This document shows positions 39,301 to 45,473 of a stretch of DNA of 64,000 bases, piece after piece; within the stretch, counting starts at the first letter, position 1, and each line of letters begins with the position of its first letter. The notes under the pieces were generated by a model. The model did not search any database. It saw nothing but the letters and a program-made list of their open reading frames with translations, and was not told where the DNA came from. The DNA is from Candidatus Multivoradales bacterium. GTDB lineage: Bacteria > Acidobacteriota > Thermoanaerobaculia > Multivoradales > Multivoraceae. Made by a program: the position numbers and the translations under genes. Location: positions 2,016,001 to 2,080,000 of the forward strand of contig CBDCWI010000002.1 in the NCBI GenBank assembly GCA_965223325.1, written 5' to 3'.

Positions 39301-39507
39301 CGATGGCGTGGTGGCAGTTTCCGAAGCGGAAAGCGCTAGTGAAGCAACCAGGCCAAGTGCGACGAAGCGGCCCACATAGGTTGCCCGTTGACTGCGAGGG
39401 TGGCGCGTCGATTCCAGACGGGTACGCACCAGAGCCACCATGAGAGCGGGCCACCAGGACCGCAGCGCGGTCTTCTCCCGGCTGGTGTGCATTGGATCTC
39501 CGGACAC
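21373..39507 (-). CDS. Giant surface protein: HExxH metallopeptidase, prenyltransferase-like repeats, CARDB, FlgD-Ig, FN3, beta-propeller, Ig repeats, IPTL-CTERM-like tail
   Basis: HEVMHRW; RNADGGWG/QSQAGDWG; ESDETNN-type CARDB ends; FSPNGDGVKD and WDGRD; SDLAGYYVYRDG; C-terminal IPVLGPFGLFLLVGLLLAFGVRR. Start may be ATG 39492. Confidence 0.9.
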   Translation of the reverse strand: MSGDPMHTSREKTALRSWWPALMVALVRTRLESTRHPRSQRATYVGRFVALGLVASLALSASETATTPSPSARDARSSPGLYSPHVELATFVERAPGAPVTVRFLELRNDIVLLEIEGPYDRELPDGSTNFAARSAVSRAVLSEIGDRYDFLVTFADFDVSLGAFGGLPIGGLFTTVANDVEGIGLPIFDNSDEFGSDGRLQGFVDMAGLDTHVMDPLQSGFTRTLSVLSHEVMHRWSARLRFLDDAGQPSDALLGVGSHWGPLTDAGGGTLMYGNDWRSDGGGQFTSLLPRSAYNPLDLYAAGLVPASEVPDVFYIDNGDAPAPEPPRAGKVVVGSRVDVSIADIVAAEGARVPSYGDAPSEFRAAFVVLTRPGSRPTDAELEGVERVREAFERHFSVLTGGRGILRVAPPATADLEPGDPSVPGGGDLRPEASLPAAHAWLRGQQSADGSFADHPSTAVRDTAEALAVLVAQDPAFSGSAAAAGFLRSVSAAGTDSLARRLQALGSNAELQGELLARRNADGGWGLGDDHRSEPLDTALAVLALRGQAPGLESAGDFLLASETPGGGWSNTVGGAARIGATRAVVEALHAMGRTSGDGADSISAALGWLASTAHPGGGFGAPLASLHETADAVATFQLLGDGSVDLSAATGWLAARQSQAGDWGSSIYTTAVVADVLARAEFSNLAFAGPAEVAPNPARDGEGVVVTATIINNGSVDAMASRAVLRLAGEVLESVDVPTLRPRQTAKLEVAWDTTGRSGTHVLTLELDVDGAVEELSESDNTADVEIRIEGAATEADLELRSDEVVVSPERPGELPAEITVNVIARNIGSTDAPDVALRLWRGDPGAGELLAEETLGVLAARSSVPVAFAFTLDTPGVTELTVEIDPADLVSEASEDNNIARTLVSTVDAVNLVVAVADVRLEGQPLVGERVEFVATVYNRGTVDADNVEVLYQLDVGQFLALGGPTPIQLPAGGSLEVRSDWVVDREGDLAFVIALDPGDLLPEADESDNTARFEFTAGAITETNLQVDPAGLTVSPEPVLEGGSVVLEIVVENNGGTAANDVLVGLFDGLPAEGGLELARTVLTGTLGPGESRVASAQILDFEGSADRVLFAIVDPDGVVPEFDEDDNLALRQVAVLSLPDLALSAGSLRLTPSLPTPGNTVTLEVTVSNLGEQPSGEVSVEVFSGSPSGAVLAAGTVSAPGQMAGVVSLDWVWPQAGADNLVVVVDRANTLRESSEDNNRQDLRVTTGEGSALVTERWFSPNGDGVKDTTAFIYRLDTAADTDVEIVDLRDEVLRVEQGTRSSRDGRFDWDGRDRFGSLVPDGTYSFQAVDSSGAVLRLAEVTVDTNRSPLFAAAGTEFAQSLNLTCELESARDFRVTEDERFVFFVGTGAAGHGMWRVRTDGSSPEPIETGIFSPRELELRNDGAVAYRPFNSNIRFADPLGGFVLEIPDSSGFELLGFSPGTDTPFALSDQGVVHLPIDGSAPVEIWSGSARLDPVQRGFAPGGRYVILRAEGEGFDSGSLLVVDLAAGAAVTLESWTDAPFRGPSPPVAAWLPETPVVAVASSVEERLVLRTAGGVEVESYDFPPPPLASELGFSTRVPQGEPPLAALPAGVSFVDVHSNGRYVLVTFDFFEPQNQSCERVDYTASLDRQTGAWEPVASTIPFDTCGSFHVAPAAGGGELGALHFSPELHTQSLPVDAFARAMRSKGQDLSFEIEQRGGIAAGLEEVYLQVGGSRVWPREILLGGQPLETVPGRPVGVELGFDAHSRSLKVDFAAADVFGDSPRAGRLPEVSLTLVASEVTPRSEHGTIERSSGSAGLLSIVQAQHELFSIKRFDDLRWVPGRRDVFFGQFGNAIGVEGVQLDEDEVVRFLLEFDRVIDPTLSPTGTGVFFRSDQANEDRDENPGANDCVGDPWDDDLYRYRSLLNLTADLRARSDPSGAVLLEGTAADAHFERYLLEFAPLSSPDSWSLFNAPGSEAVVDGQLGVFSPENGGAYLVRLTVEDRAGNTRRDIRQVGIPTTPTIANPELSERVISPNNDGAFDDLEIRFDVVRPVVLDILIAHEGGAPVRALQRTFAGAANDQAVVWDGRDDRGLPVPDGRYVLSLLTFEFFFEVDTTPPTVEEFVLLASPSRAQAPLVLSPSSSALTMSMSAKAQDDHFDELGGEFQIGPPWEGRGTLKTSFKHPTVATGAVQIEPARAVGGSGRVVLTDIVANETVVTEQWEERAFLTAVGPAGPGPEGGSQPVRLLHAGAVLGNYCAETRSLCPLTTPGEAIRLRVDEAIVAPVSQVILRAQHLDENATVLETSLADIYAPGSLIPSAVAPDGAFEVEWDWSGVDRSRSLEVHLEVIDTQGNSFETLPIWFAPPFAGLRFVGQLSEPSAEVIMAIEQVGLDPASESLLHAEETFPGVMSDVRLLVQSDDDSRYVSETAFDVVAQTESDLIFDVPTVSCATYKVRVIATSPQFVHPSTGELVLSETVEVTGELRRPCLEVLVEQRDVAYGSCGGGASSLGEWPISVRATSLDGEPLKRLTLERPLADGGFEVVASLNEPTSGEVLAFDLDTSGLPEGQQLWVARLTNDQDREATRLFSVLVDRTPPELEVTFPLESQRICGAFVPEVRIVDSVGFVFRTTRGGPALGSGPLPSPASRDFSTGVFGQAMDHFPGEPLPFADDVFTGTGALDFTVEAVNAAGQRRCVERRVFVDSEVEGSAITSVDRGFSPNQDLFLDEALIRLETTEPVHADVGVWPRSEVCSGPDPSWPATPATRLLAESFPMDVGGALMRWDGGDANGQVAADGLYAVVARFEDACGNLRVSRHCGLLLDTTPPVPEIDYPLSGDPLTVLTEVTGSVRGEPRSENYESAELAFGFGPAPESWAPIAQFDGDDLRRALSEEVPHYLGTWNLADLFGAMTLRLRTRDIYGNQAEVTTTHTVDFPLVLITELDAAPRLFSPGDDGRRDQTAVRFALSQEAEVTLRVLDANGSLRRTLRAGELFPAGASVVPWDGRDDSNAVLADGEYSLELTAAFGAASQTELVTVQTDSTPPTLVFHRPVDRGFAPPEGPLLVTVGDALLSDWSFELSSDGGSSWVPVASGVAPVDEAEVARLGGEMPLTEGEYHLRGRASDRAENASEQLIAFAIDETPPVVSIDSPVRDPEAPANSPQALLSPVSGPVAILGSVVEVNLDNWRLEYGAHGPAGPPQSFTALASSSELPSSDLLANWSLAGLADGLYTLRLVAVDLAGQEAADTILVAVDATPPTVALDAPIDGAQIGQPVDTVGTASDDNLSVWLLELAPGTPESATRWSVIAQDGESVTGALLHRFANLPPDGVYALRLRGLDHAGNSAETVHSITVDLTPPAAPRALVVTVEGERDARLAWEANTESDLAGYYVYRDGTRISASLVPPQALPTYLDLALADGDYGYRVTAVDFGGLESEPSNEARLTLDRKPPTVRLLAPEDGDRVRGLVEIEGSAHSPSDFFEYRLFVEPTGQPAQRTLLRQSPAPVVLDLLGEWSSFGQPEGAPYTFTLEAVDQVGNLASVSVDVVVDNVAPAQPSGLVAEAVANRDIAVTWASNSEPDLAGYLLYRDGRLVNASGAVVGDLAPFILENTQWTDAESPDGTFEYIVYAIDTAGNLSLPSAPSEATIERRAPSARIVDPEEGTRFTGILVLTATSDDTDLASVRFEVDLGGFVLVSLDEEAPFEATWDPEGRSFGTYSFRAVGTDSGGRVDPAPPVSTFEYADLTPPDGASGLVAQATARDVQLAWNAATDSDLVGYRLERRRADQSSWTEVTTDLIVETTYLDASLSRGLWIYRVAAVDDFDNIGEWSDPAEARVFSVFWSAFPASPHPETTLQELPGRVVLGSGDDFPEAGFTIELRVEGPGGVFAELETVSTPRNFLFEDIPLVEGQLQLIATATDAEGNISSAAELSLLADLPPAPPTGLVTSVSGFDVTLDWDAHPETDVVGFRLFRNGEPVLANVEVRDFAEIDATSTDATSDATFAFDDDPLTFWSPRATSSFLELEALMTAPRHVQEMRIDWRTEEPSGLVHNAPDWNLEVLVFDRWRVVAEVRGDESASTTITLPHLYKADGVRLDILTRRSEEGVIVVPQVAEFRTFEAPLVGGPPVVDTAPDGLHTYTVTAVDVFGFESVLSAPAAASVGDVVAPSPPSLVAVVVESSVQLSWTASPEPDVVAYAVERDGARIARHEDLSSLELVDGLLANGIYSYLVRALDAAGNASASSNVEVVEILAPSPLAPVALQVLAVRADAVDLAWQPPAGPPPAGYVVRRSAVSGGPYERVASTPAPPFTDRDLETGMQWFWVVTSIDAVGNESSVSNEVAATPIDAEPPAVPTILVPVRGGETYQTSSTPVPVGGRAEPGTGVRLERDDLLVAVGTATGAPVQHPSVTVFGSVVLAPWSARIVFEGSGEVVVRDVRTGIETKHPTEGDNSPIWLPDEEGFLYVGLDGIRRFLFDGARDESLTTARSGNLSLSPDGTLLALSGRRTVASGGTVTGIHIYDLTTGEWFVLAEGSTLVGERLRWSRDSAWFAWAGRSSDPGLFIWERATGSSGPVVRIEDTVSEVPVKWDAAGRVLVSRPHPSAPSEDQMVRITPSTGVVEDLGLGRLPVVSPDGSELAFVDPQSRIVVRDLSSGEEDVVDVSSARDLQFGPSGLLGSTGASHFFLDLPGRFQFPVALEPGSNLVRAIAVDSAGNPSAPSEAVNLVLEASQLPDLALEGGVSLLPVQPASGDTVRVGAAVKNRGGSVSQAATRFVLAVDLPDGAGGLVTSTLVDADVPPLAPGERLEFSADFEALAGVHIVRAVVDAANVIFESDETNNRSERSVDVPELAGPALTVELERDVWQAGDLVTGSARLSNAGDPLLGTLVVRVEDEAGFALATLSRVENLNLDFGASHIEEFLWDSAGVFAGTYVVVAELFDASLENGAPPVLVDRATLGLGAEAEVTAAIQTDRGRYTPPDEVEITASVSHLTTSAIVEDAISTVRVFDPNDVEVAMFERDHGTLLPGEERTALFAWSTDGALPGVWRVVHVLRGAGIDLATAETTFEVSLQPAALVGSLFGPSSAVAVGDTLPLDFTVRNVGGVDLAAIPVRVVLRRAESGEELGAVVELYDLAVQETISGRAEFATDGLELASYVAVLSADLPAPGGGVETVRLATIQVSLVDRQPPVLEFRSPATDGAFLAADARLVVAATDDLSGIERVEIAIDGGPFMLATLADIERGEFVLNASGLSEGTHTTTARATDRFGNVATAGPLTFEVDLTPPLITILGVIDGQQLTGTVTPVVQILEDHLAASSVLLNGLVFISGTDVSQPGSYLLQATARDLAGNQASTLVRFVILGDGPSVTLALDAEEGAPGVVVSGSATVSAASTALDGQLAVRVYDSAGSLVAVLVDGTAQVPADGSAEFPFTWDTAGVAPGVYTVRAVLTDGAGTVVSESAEVFTILVPQSVGLSVLADPANAEVGTEIAVRAQIDLQAGSEPLSGARLDLRIVEMATATVVASWQDNPADIPVGQSVVVERLWDSSGAAPGQYRVEADLFLVTELLANADSALQLGGTNEPPVVAIVEPLADALLPASFTVRVSATDDNSVDTVEIRMDGGAWLPATAMVAPFYERQVDGLADGLHQIEARATDGDGAEGRAQAISVEVDGTPPEITVTGVEHTVEYEHPVTPIITVEDPHLDTTEITLDFQPFESGTEVDANGAHFLVVVATDTLGNTARVEVRFILKIRPSFGFLILDPEDGESLLGPHEDVSGQADPGATVEVTATRVAHPHNSRVYPSVIAEADGSWLVPKVKLFRGLTRIDAVATTAGGEVLEDSITVEWLRPKLKAFLDRCFEEDRQLDRLFDHGDVLVWTLRVENVGDAAARGVTALVDVPSVLKTVPGSVQFGDGSPPEGCTSSRDASGPELEALHAFGGIEPGGARWLRFATRLAEAPLPGTRFVAIQGVLTAGDLEPTYSDDPTTVEKGDATVVDLSPSVIAIPVLGPFGLFLLVGLLLAFGVRRLGAGGRRAVGPDDGSTGGGL

Positions 39508-39716
39508 GAGCAGAATCGTCTTCCTGAAACGACCACCTGGTCATTTCCAAGTGGGCGGAAAAGCGGGTTCTCAAAGGAAGGCCTCGCCAACGGGCGATTG
39601 ATAACAAGTTGCATAAGGTATCAAAGGTCAAAGACCATGTCATATAGAGTTTTACGCACATCCAGTTGTCCCCAACCGTGCCTTCCTGGGCCTTGGTTCA
39701 TGGCGATGCGTTGAAT

Positions 39717-42374
39717 TCATTCCTTGAATTCGGCCTGCAACGCCAGGAAACGCGGATGGGTCCGCAGCCCGTCGTACGACGGGTGCCCGAAATCTTCTGC
39801 GACCAGAGCGCTGGGGATCTCGGAAAGTATCTCGAGCGTGTTGAGGGCTCGGTCTGCCTCATCGACTTTGGCAAAAACCCGAGACACGGCGTCCAGCACG
39901 AGAGGCCCCTCAAAGGCGTCACGTTCCACGGGCTGGAGGTCCTGAGCGGTGTCGGCGTGCCGAAGTGCCAGAGCCTTGTCGCCGAGAAGGGCGTGAAGCC
40001 AGGCCAAAGAGAGATGAAGACGAAAATCTTGCGGCCGGTCATCGAGCTGCGCCTCGAGGTCGACACGCGCGGCGCGGAGTTCGGCGCCGGCCTCGGCTTC
40101 GCGACCGAGCTCGAGGAGCGCATGCCCGAGAAGAAGACTCCGTGGCACAACGGTGGTAAGTCCAACGCAGCCCCGTGGCTCGAGGGTGGAGGCAGTGACG
40201 AGCAACTCTTGCCAGCTCCTCTGGTGAGTCAGGTAGAACGTGCTCGTGCAATCAACGAACTGCTCCGCGAGGCCTGCAGGCTCCGCCTCGCGGAGGGCGT
40301 CGATCGCGGCCGCGGGTCCTCCGCGGCGGAAGGCGTAGAAGGCGTTCCACCATTGGGCTGTGCTGGAACCGGGGGCCAGAGCCAGAGAGCGCGCCAGAGC
40401 GTCCTCAGCCCCCTCGTGGTCGCCCATGAGAAAAAGAGTGATCGACAATGACGTGCTCTCGGACTCGCTCTGCGGAGCCAGCTCGACAGCGCGCCAGAAG
40501 TCGTCGGCGGCACCCTGCCAATGTCCAGCTCGGCGACGGATGGCGGCACGGTCGCCGAGCAGCTCGGCATCACCCGGCCGCAGCTCGAGTGCGCGGTCCA
40601 TCAGAGGGAGAGCGCGCTGGTAGTCGCGATCGATCCTGTAGGCCGCATTCGCAACCGCCTGGAGTGCGAAAGCGGATTCTGGATCGAGGCGCTCAGCCTG
40701 CTGGGCGGCACGCCAGGTTGCGTCGGCGCGTTCGGGACTTCTCTCCTGGAAGTGATACACCAGTCCGTGAGCGTCGGCCAGACCGGCCCAAGCCAGCGCA
40801 AAATCAGCGTCGAGGGCCACCGCACGCTCGAAGTGTGAGGCCGCCCGCCGTAGATCGGGGGGCGAGTTCCCTGGCCTGGCCAGGGCGGCGCGGCCAGCGA
40901 GGAAGGCAGTGTAGGCATCCTCGCGCTCAGTGGGGCGGGTCGCTTCTTCGGCAGGTGTCAGGGCGAGGCCCAGCTGCGCCACGACCACGTTCGCGATCTC
41001 GGACTGGACTTCGAAGACATCGACGATCGGGCGCTCGATCGAGGCGGTCCAGAGCGGGGTATCGTCGCTCAAGCGGATGAGTTCGGGACTCACACGGACG
41101 CGGTCGCCGCTTCCCTGGGCGGCCCAGCGCACGGTGCCGTCGAGGGCGTAGTCGACGTCGAGCTCGTCGCGCAGCTGTTCGGGCGACCAGTTACCGTTGG
41201 CGTAGCGGCGCGAGCTGTTACGAGAGATGACTGCAAGATCGGCGATGCCGGCCAGACTGGTGCGGATCTCATCGGTGAGGCCGGCCGCGAAGATCGCGTC
41301 GTCGTCGCTCCCAACGTTGGCGAGCGGCAGGACGACAAGTCGAATCGCCTCATCCGCGGGGAGGATCCCGATGGCATCGCGCTCGCCAGCCCTCGTGCGC
41401 GTAGAGTTGGATAGAGCCACGATTGCCACCAGGACGAGGCTCAGGCCCAGGATAGCGAGGGCCATTCCCCGCGCGCGCCCTCGCTGGACCGCTTTGCCAG
41501 GATCGAGCTCATGAGCCGAGTGAGCGCCTTGGCTCGAGTTGCGGAATTGCCGAAGTGCGGCGACGAACTCGGCCGCAGTCTGGAAACGGCGAACCGGCTC
41601 CTTCTCGAGCATCCGCCGCAGGACCGGTTCGAGTCCTGGCGGAAGATCGTCACGCAGCGTGTTGACGGGTAGGGGCTCGTCTCGCAAGACCGCAGACACG
41701 ACTTCGGCTGCGCTTTGACCCTGGAAGGGTCGCCTGCCCACGAGGGCCTCGTAGAGCAGCACACCGAGCGAAAAGAGGTCGCTCCGTTCGTCGACCACCT
41801 GGCCCTTGATCTGCTCGGGTGACATATACGGCGCAGTCCCGGGCACCGCGCCCTCGGCCGTCAGGGCGATCTGGGTCTCTTCGTCTTCGCCGCTGGCATA
41901 GCCGGTACCGAGGCGCGCGAGCCCGAAGTCGAGGATTCGGGGTCGCGAGTCGCTCGACATCATCACGTTGCTGGGCTTCAGGTCGCGGTGGACCACACCT
42001 TTCGCGTGCGCAGCCTCGAGCGCTTCGCCGAGCGCCAGGGCCAGTTCGAAGAATTCGGGCAGGGCGAGGCCCTCGGCAGGGAGCGCTTCTGCCAGCGAGC
42101 GCCCGTCGACGCGCTCCATGGTCAAGAAGAGCACATCCTCGTCTTCTTCCAGCGAGTAGAGAGTGACGATGTTCGGGTGGTCGAGGGCAGCGAGTGCACG
42201 GGCCTCCCGCTCGAGACGCGCTCGAAAGTCGGCGTTGCGCGCCGTCGACGACGGCAGCACCTTGACGGCGACCTGGCGCCCGAGCTTTTCGTCTTCGGCC
42301 AGCCAGACCTCTCCCATACCGCCGCTTCCGAGGCGCTCAACGATTCGGTAGTGGTTGAGGCGTCTGCCGATCAC
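39717..42374 (-). CDS. Ser/Thr protein kinase with TM helix, TolB-like/FlgO domain and TPRs
   Basis: LGSGGMGEV, VAVK, HRDLKPSN, DFGLA, GTAPYMSPEQ; LVVLPLAN...FAAGLTDEI; TPR helices. Confidence 0.95.
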   Translation of the reverse strand: MIGRRLNHYRIVERLGSGGMGEVWLAEDEKLGRQVAVKVLPSSTARNADFRARLEREARALAALDHPNIVTLYSLEEDEDVLFLTMERVDGRSLAEALPAEGLALPEFFELALALGEALEAAHAKGVVHRDLKPSNVMMSSDSRPRILDFGLARLGTGYASGEDEETQIALTAEGAVPGTAPYMSPEQIKGQVVDERSDLFSLGVLLYEALVGRRPFQGQSAAEVVSAVLRDEPLPVNTLRDDLPPGLEPVLRRMLEKEPVRRFQTAAEFVAALRQFRNSSQGAHSAHELDPGKAVQRGRARGMALAILGLSLVLVAIVALSNSTRTRAGERDAIGILPADEAIRLVVLPLANVGSDDDAIFAAGLTDEIRTSLAGIADLAVISRNSSRRYANGNWSPEQLRDELDVDYALDGTVRWAAQGSGDRVRVSPELIRLSDDTPLWTASIERPIVDVFEVQSEIANVVVAQLGLALTPAEEATRPTEREDAYTAFLAGRAALARPGNSPPDLRRAASHFERAVALDADFALAWAGLADAHGLVYHFQERSPERADATWRAAQQAERLDPESAFALQAVANAAYRIDRDYQRALPLMDRALELRPGDAELLGDRAAIRRRAGHWQGAADDFWRAVELAPQSESESTSLSITLFLMGDHEGAEDALARSLALAPGSSTAQWWNAFYAFRRGGPAAAIDALREAEPAGLAEQFVDCTSTFYLTHQRSWQELLVTASTLEPRGCVGLTTVVPRSLLLGHALLELGREAEAGAELRAARVDLEAQLDDRPQDFRLHLSLAWLHALLGDKALALRHADTAQDLQPVERDAFEGPLVLDAVSRVFAKVDEADRALNTLEILSEIPSALVAEDFGHPSYDGLRTHPRFLALQAEFKE

Positions 42375-42546
42375 CGGTGTAGCCTACCGAAGCATCCCTC
42401 TCTCGCCACACGAGGTCCTCGTTGCTCCCCGGGACTAGGCAGCTGTACCCGCGATCTTCCAGCGCCGGAGATCGGAGCGAGCCCACAGCGTTCGTCTGCG
42501 AAAGCTCCTAGCCCAAAGCGGATGGGAATGGGTCCCACTGAGATGT

Positions 42547-42640
42547 GAAGCTTCAGGTCGTCCGCTCGGTAGACCTCGCCCACGCCAGCACGGCCAAGAG
42601 ACGAAACAGTGTGGTAACGGTAACGATGCGTTCCCCTGGC
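42547..42640 (-). pseudogene. Degenerate Ser/Thr kinase N-terminal fragment
   Basis: RYHTVSSLGRAGVGEVYRADDLKL resembles kinase subdomains I-II and has no continuation. Confidence 0.55.
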
Positions 42641-42973
42641 AGGTAGCACACAGAGGCACCGGAACTGGACTCGACTTCGGCAGCACGCGTCGCTTCCTCG
42701 GACGCTCCTTGGTCCGCTGGGTCCTGGGTGATGGTCTCGACAGAATTCAGCCGGTCGATTCAAGGAGCCGAGACCGCTTTCCATGCGCCGGAATCTCGAC
42801 AAGAACCTGCGCGTTCTATCTGGTTCGAGCGTCCCACGCCGCAATGATCTTGATTCCTGGCTCCTCGAACACCTTACGAGCACGACGTGCCTGGGCTGGC
42901 ATCCGAGTCGCTAGAGGGGCGTTCTCCCCGGCGTAGTCGCAGCTCGCGAGTGGGCACGCACTATGGGAATCGG

Positions 42974-44350
42974 TCAGTTGTTGGGCGGATACAGCTTCCG
43001 CACCTCCAGCTCCGCCTCGTATTGGCGGGCGGACCAGGCTCTCTCGGCGCTCATGCGCTCTTGCTGCTCGCGCACGAACTCGCTGGCCCCCACTGCCTGC
43101 CGGCGGTCGAACGCTTCCTGGGCCGCCATCTCAGCCAGGTGCGCTCGCTGAATCCTCATGGCGATCGAGGGGTCCCGGTCTTCCAACCAATCCTCGAAGT
43201 CCAGGGACTGAGGAACGGGAACACTCTCGGTGAAGGCAGACCGAACGGCATTTCGAGAGCGCGCGTCGAGCAGCTCGGAAGGAAAGAAGACGTGCTCGGC
43301 GAAGGCGTTCTCTTCCTGCACCAAGAGGTTCAAACGGTCTTCGACAAGCTGCGCCATCGGGGCGGAGCGACTGAGGAGCGTCGACGCAAGAACGGCCTCC
43401 CGGGTCGTGCCGCGTTCGATCACGTCGACCAGGAGACTCGCGATCTCCTGGGTGAGATCAGGCTCGAGAACCTGACCGTCGGGGCGACTGAGGAGCTGGG
43501 CGAGAGCGCGACTGGCCTCGGCGCGCAGCTCCGGTGACCGTTCCGGGTCGGCCAGCACGCCGCGTAGGACCTGGGCGCTTTCCTGCTGCCCAAAGGCACC
43601 CCACTCGAGGCTCAGTTGGTGCACGGTCGACACGTCCAGTTCCCACTCCTGCCGAAGAACGCCGAAGCGGCGGGTGCGAGAGCCGTAGGCAGTCAGGAGG
43701 GCACGAAGGTAGGGCGAGACGTCTTTGACCTCTTGCTTGAGGATGCACGCCTTGATGACCCGCAAGATGTCTGGGTGGAGCGGCCGCGTACCGGCCAAGG
43801 CCTGCACCGCGTTGATGCGGACCTCAGAGAGATGGGTTGAAAGCGCCAGCTCGGCGAGCGGGCGCAGCGCGCGCTCGGGGACTACATCTGAAGAGGCCAG
43901 CGCCATGAGAAGGTGGTGATCCGCCAGCGTCACCGGGCTTTCGAGACTCAGCTGCCCAGCGATCTGCGGAGCGCTAGAACGTAGAGCCTCCAGGGTCGAA
44001 CGGGACCGGGACGAAGCCTCGTCGAAGGAAGGGTAGAAGGGAGAGACGCGGTTCGCCTCCACCGCCAGGAGCCAGGCAGCCTTGCGGCGCACGTCGTCGT
44101 CGAGATCGCCCACTTCCAGCCGACCGACCAGGGCAACAACAGCCGGGGCCGCCTCCAGATCTTCCCAGGCGCGTTTCGAACGAGCCGAAAACGCGCGCTC
44201 GATCAACCGATCGGTCGGCTCCTCGGCCAACTGGTCGTACAGCCGCTGAAGGTCGGCGCCAGCCGGTGCAGCCACCAGCGCGACCGAGAGGGTCAAGAGA
44301 GTAGGGAGAGTTCGACGAAAACGGTGCATCATGGAGCTCCAGAGGGTCAT
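42974..44350 (-). CDS. Secreted helical (HEAT-like) hypothetical protein
   Basis: Signal peptide ending APAGA-D; EVRINAVQALA and ELRAEASRALAQL motifs. Confidence 0.6.
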   Translation of the reverse strand: MTLWSSMMHRFRRTLPTLLTLSVALVAAPAGADLQRLYDQLAEEPTDRLIERAFSARSKRAWEDLEAAPAVVALVGRLEVGDLDDDVRRKAAWLLAVEANRVSPFYPSFDEASSRSRSTLEALRSSAPQIAGQLSLESPVTLADHHLLMALASSDVVPERALRPLAELALSTHLSEVRINAVQALAGTRPLHPDILRVIKACILKQEVKDVSPYLRALLTAYGSRTRRFGVLRQEWELDVSTVHQLSLEWGAFGQQESAQVLRGVLADPERSPELRAEASRALAQLLSRPDGQVLEPDLTQEIASLLVDVIERGTTREAVLASTLLSRSAPMAQLVEDRLNLLVQEENAFAEHVFFPSELLDARSRNAVRSAFTESVPVPQSLDFEDWLEDRDPSIAMRIQRAHLAEMAAQEAFDRRQAVGASEFVREQQERMSAERAWSARQYEAELEVRKLYPPNN

Positions 44351-44416
44351 TCAAGACACCTTTCCGGAGCCCGACACCTTCGTTACACCCAAGCTTTCCC
44401 AGAATCACCCCAGTCG

Positions 44417-44471
44417 ATTGCCCGGGAATTGCCCGGGGATTGCCCGGGGATCGCCCGGGAGTTGCCCGGGC
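44417..44471. repeat. 11-bp tandem repeat x5 (ATTGCCCGGGR)
   Basis: Read directly, intergenic. Confidence 0.9.
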
Positions 44472-45395
44472 CTAGGTGGTTTCTGCGGCTGCTTTGGGTG
44501 CCTGGCCGAGTACTGCAGGAGAGCGCACGCCGACGACGGTTAGCGAGAAGACGACGACAGCCATGCCAACCATCTGGATGGGCAGGAAGGCCTCGCCCAG
44601 AAAGAGCGCCGCTAGCATGGTGGAGGCAACGGGTACGGCGAGGGCGGCGGTGCCACCGACCCATACCGGTATGTGGCGCAGCGACCAGTTCATCAACACG
44701 TGTCCCGACCAGCCGAGCACAGCCATGGCGCCTAGTGCCAGCCAGTGCAAGGGCTCGGGCCAACTGAGGTGGCCGTCGACGAGGACAAAGGGCGTCACCA
44801 GAATCGACGCGATGAGGGTCACCCCAGCAGTGAACTCGAGCGGGCTGATGTGACGACCGGCGCGCTTCGAGAAGATCAGGTAGAACGTCCAGGCGACCAG
44901 CGTGATGACGGCTACCAGGTCGCCACGAATGTCCCACGCGGCCGACGACCGTGAGCCGTAGGCGACGAGGCCGGCGCCACCTATCGCGATCAAAGCTGCA
45001 GCGGCATCGGCGAGACCGACCTTCTCTTTGAACAACCAGGGTGCCAGGAAGATGAGGAGCACCGGCGGCATCGCGCTGATGAGCGTGGCGTTGGCGACGG
45101 TGGTCATCTTGATGGCCAGGAAGAAGGTCATCAGATCGATGCCCAGTGCCAGCCCGCCGAGCAGCGCGTAGCGCAAGACCCTCATCGACATGCGCCCTCC
45201 CCCAATGTAGAGCGCGGCAAACGCCCAAGCCACCCCGATCCAGCCGCGAAAGAAGACGATCGGTAGCGCCTCCATCGGCAAAGCCTTGATCAGGATCGAC
45301 GGGCACGCCCAAACGAGGACCGCCAGGACCACAGCGACGAGGCCCGCGACCAGGCGCGGCTCTTCTGGCTGGGAATCGCTTACAGCGTCGGGCAT
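44472..45395 (-). CDS. DMT/EamA family transporter
   Basis: About 10 TM helices; TTVANATLISAMPP...LFKEK; LFLGE. Confidence 0.9.
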   Translation of the reverse strand: MPDAVSDSQPEEPRLVAGLVAVVLAVLVWACPSILIKALPMEALPIVFFRGWIGVAWAFAALYIGGGRMSMRVLRYALLGGLALGIDLMTFFLAIKMTTVANATLISAMPPVLLIFLAPWLFKEKVGLADAAAALIAIGGAGLVAYGSRSSAAWDIRGDLVAVITLVAWTFYLIFSKRAGRHISPLEFTAGVTLIASILVTPFVLVDGHLSWPEPLHWLALGAMAVLGWSGHVLMNWSLRHIPVWVGGTAALAVPVASTMLAALFLGEAFLPIQMVGMAVVVFSLTVVGVRSPAVLGQAPKAAAETT

Positions 45396-45473
45396 GCGGC
45401 GAGTGTAATTTGACCCTTTACCCTGGCCGGGGCCATTCCGCTGGCAGCCCCTACCCCGCTCGCCCGCCTGCAT

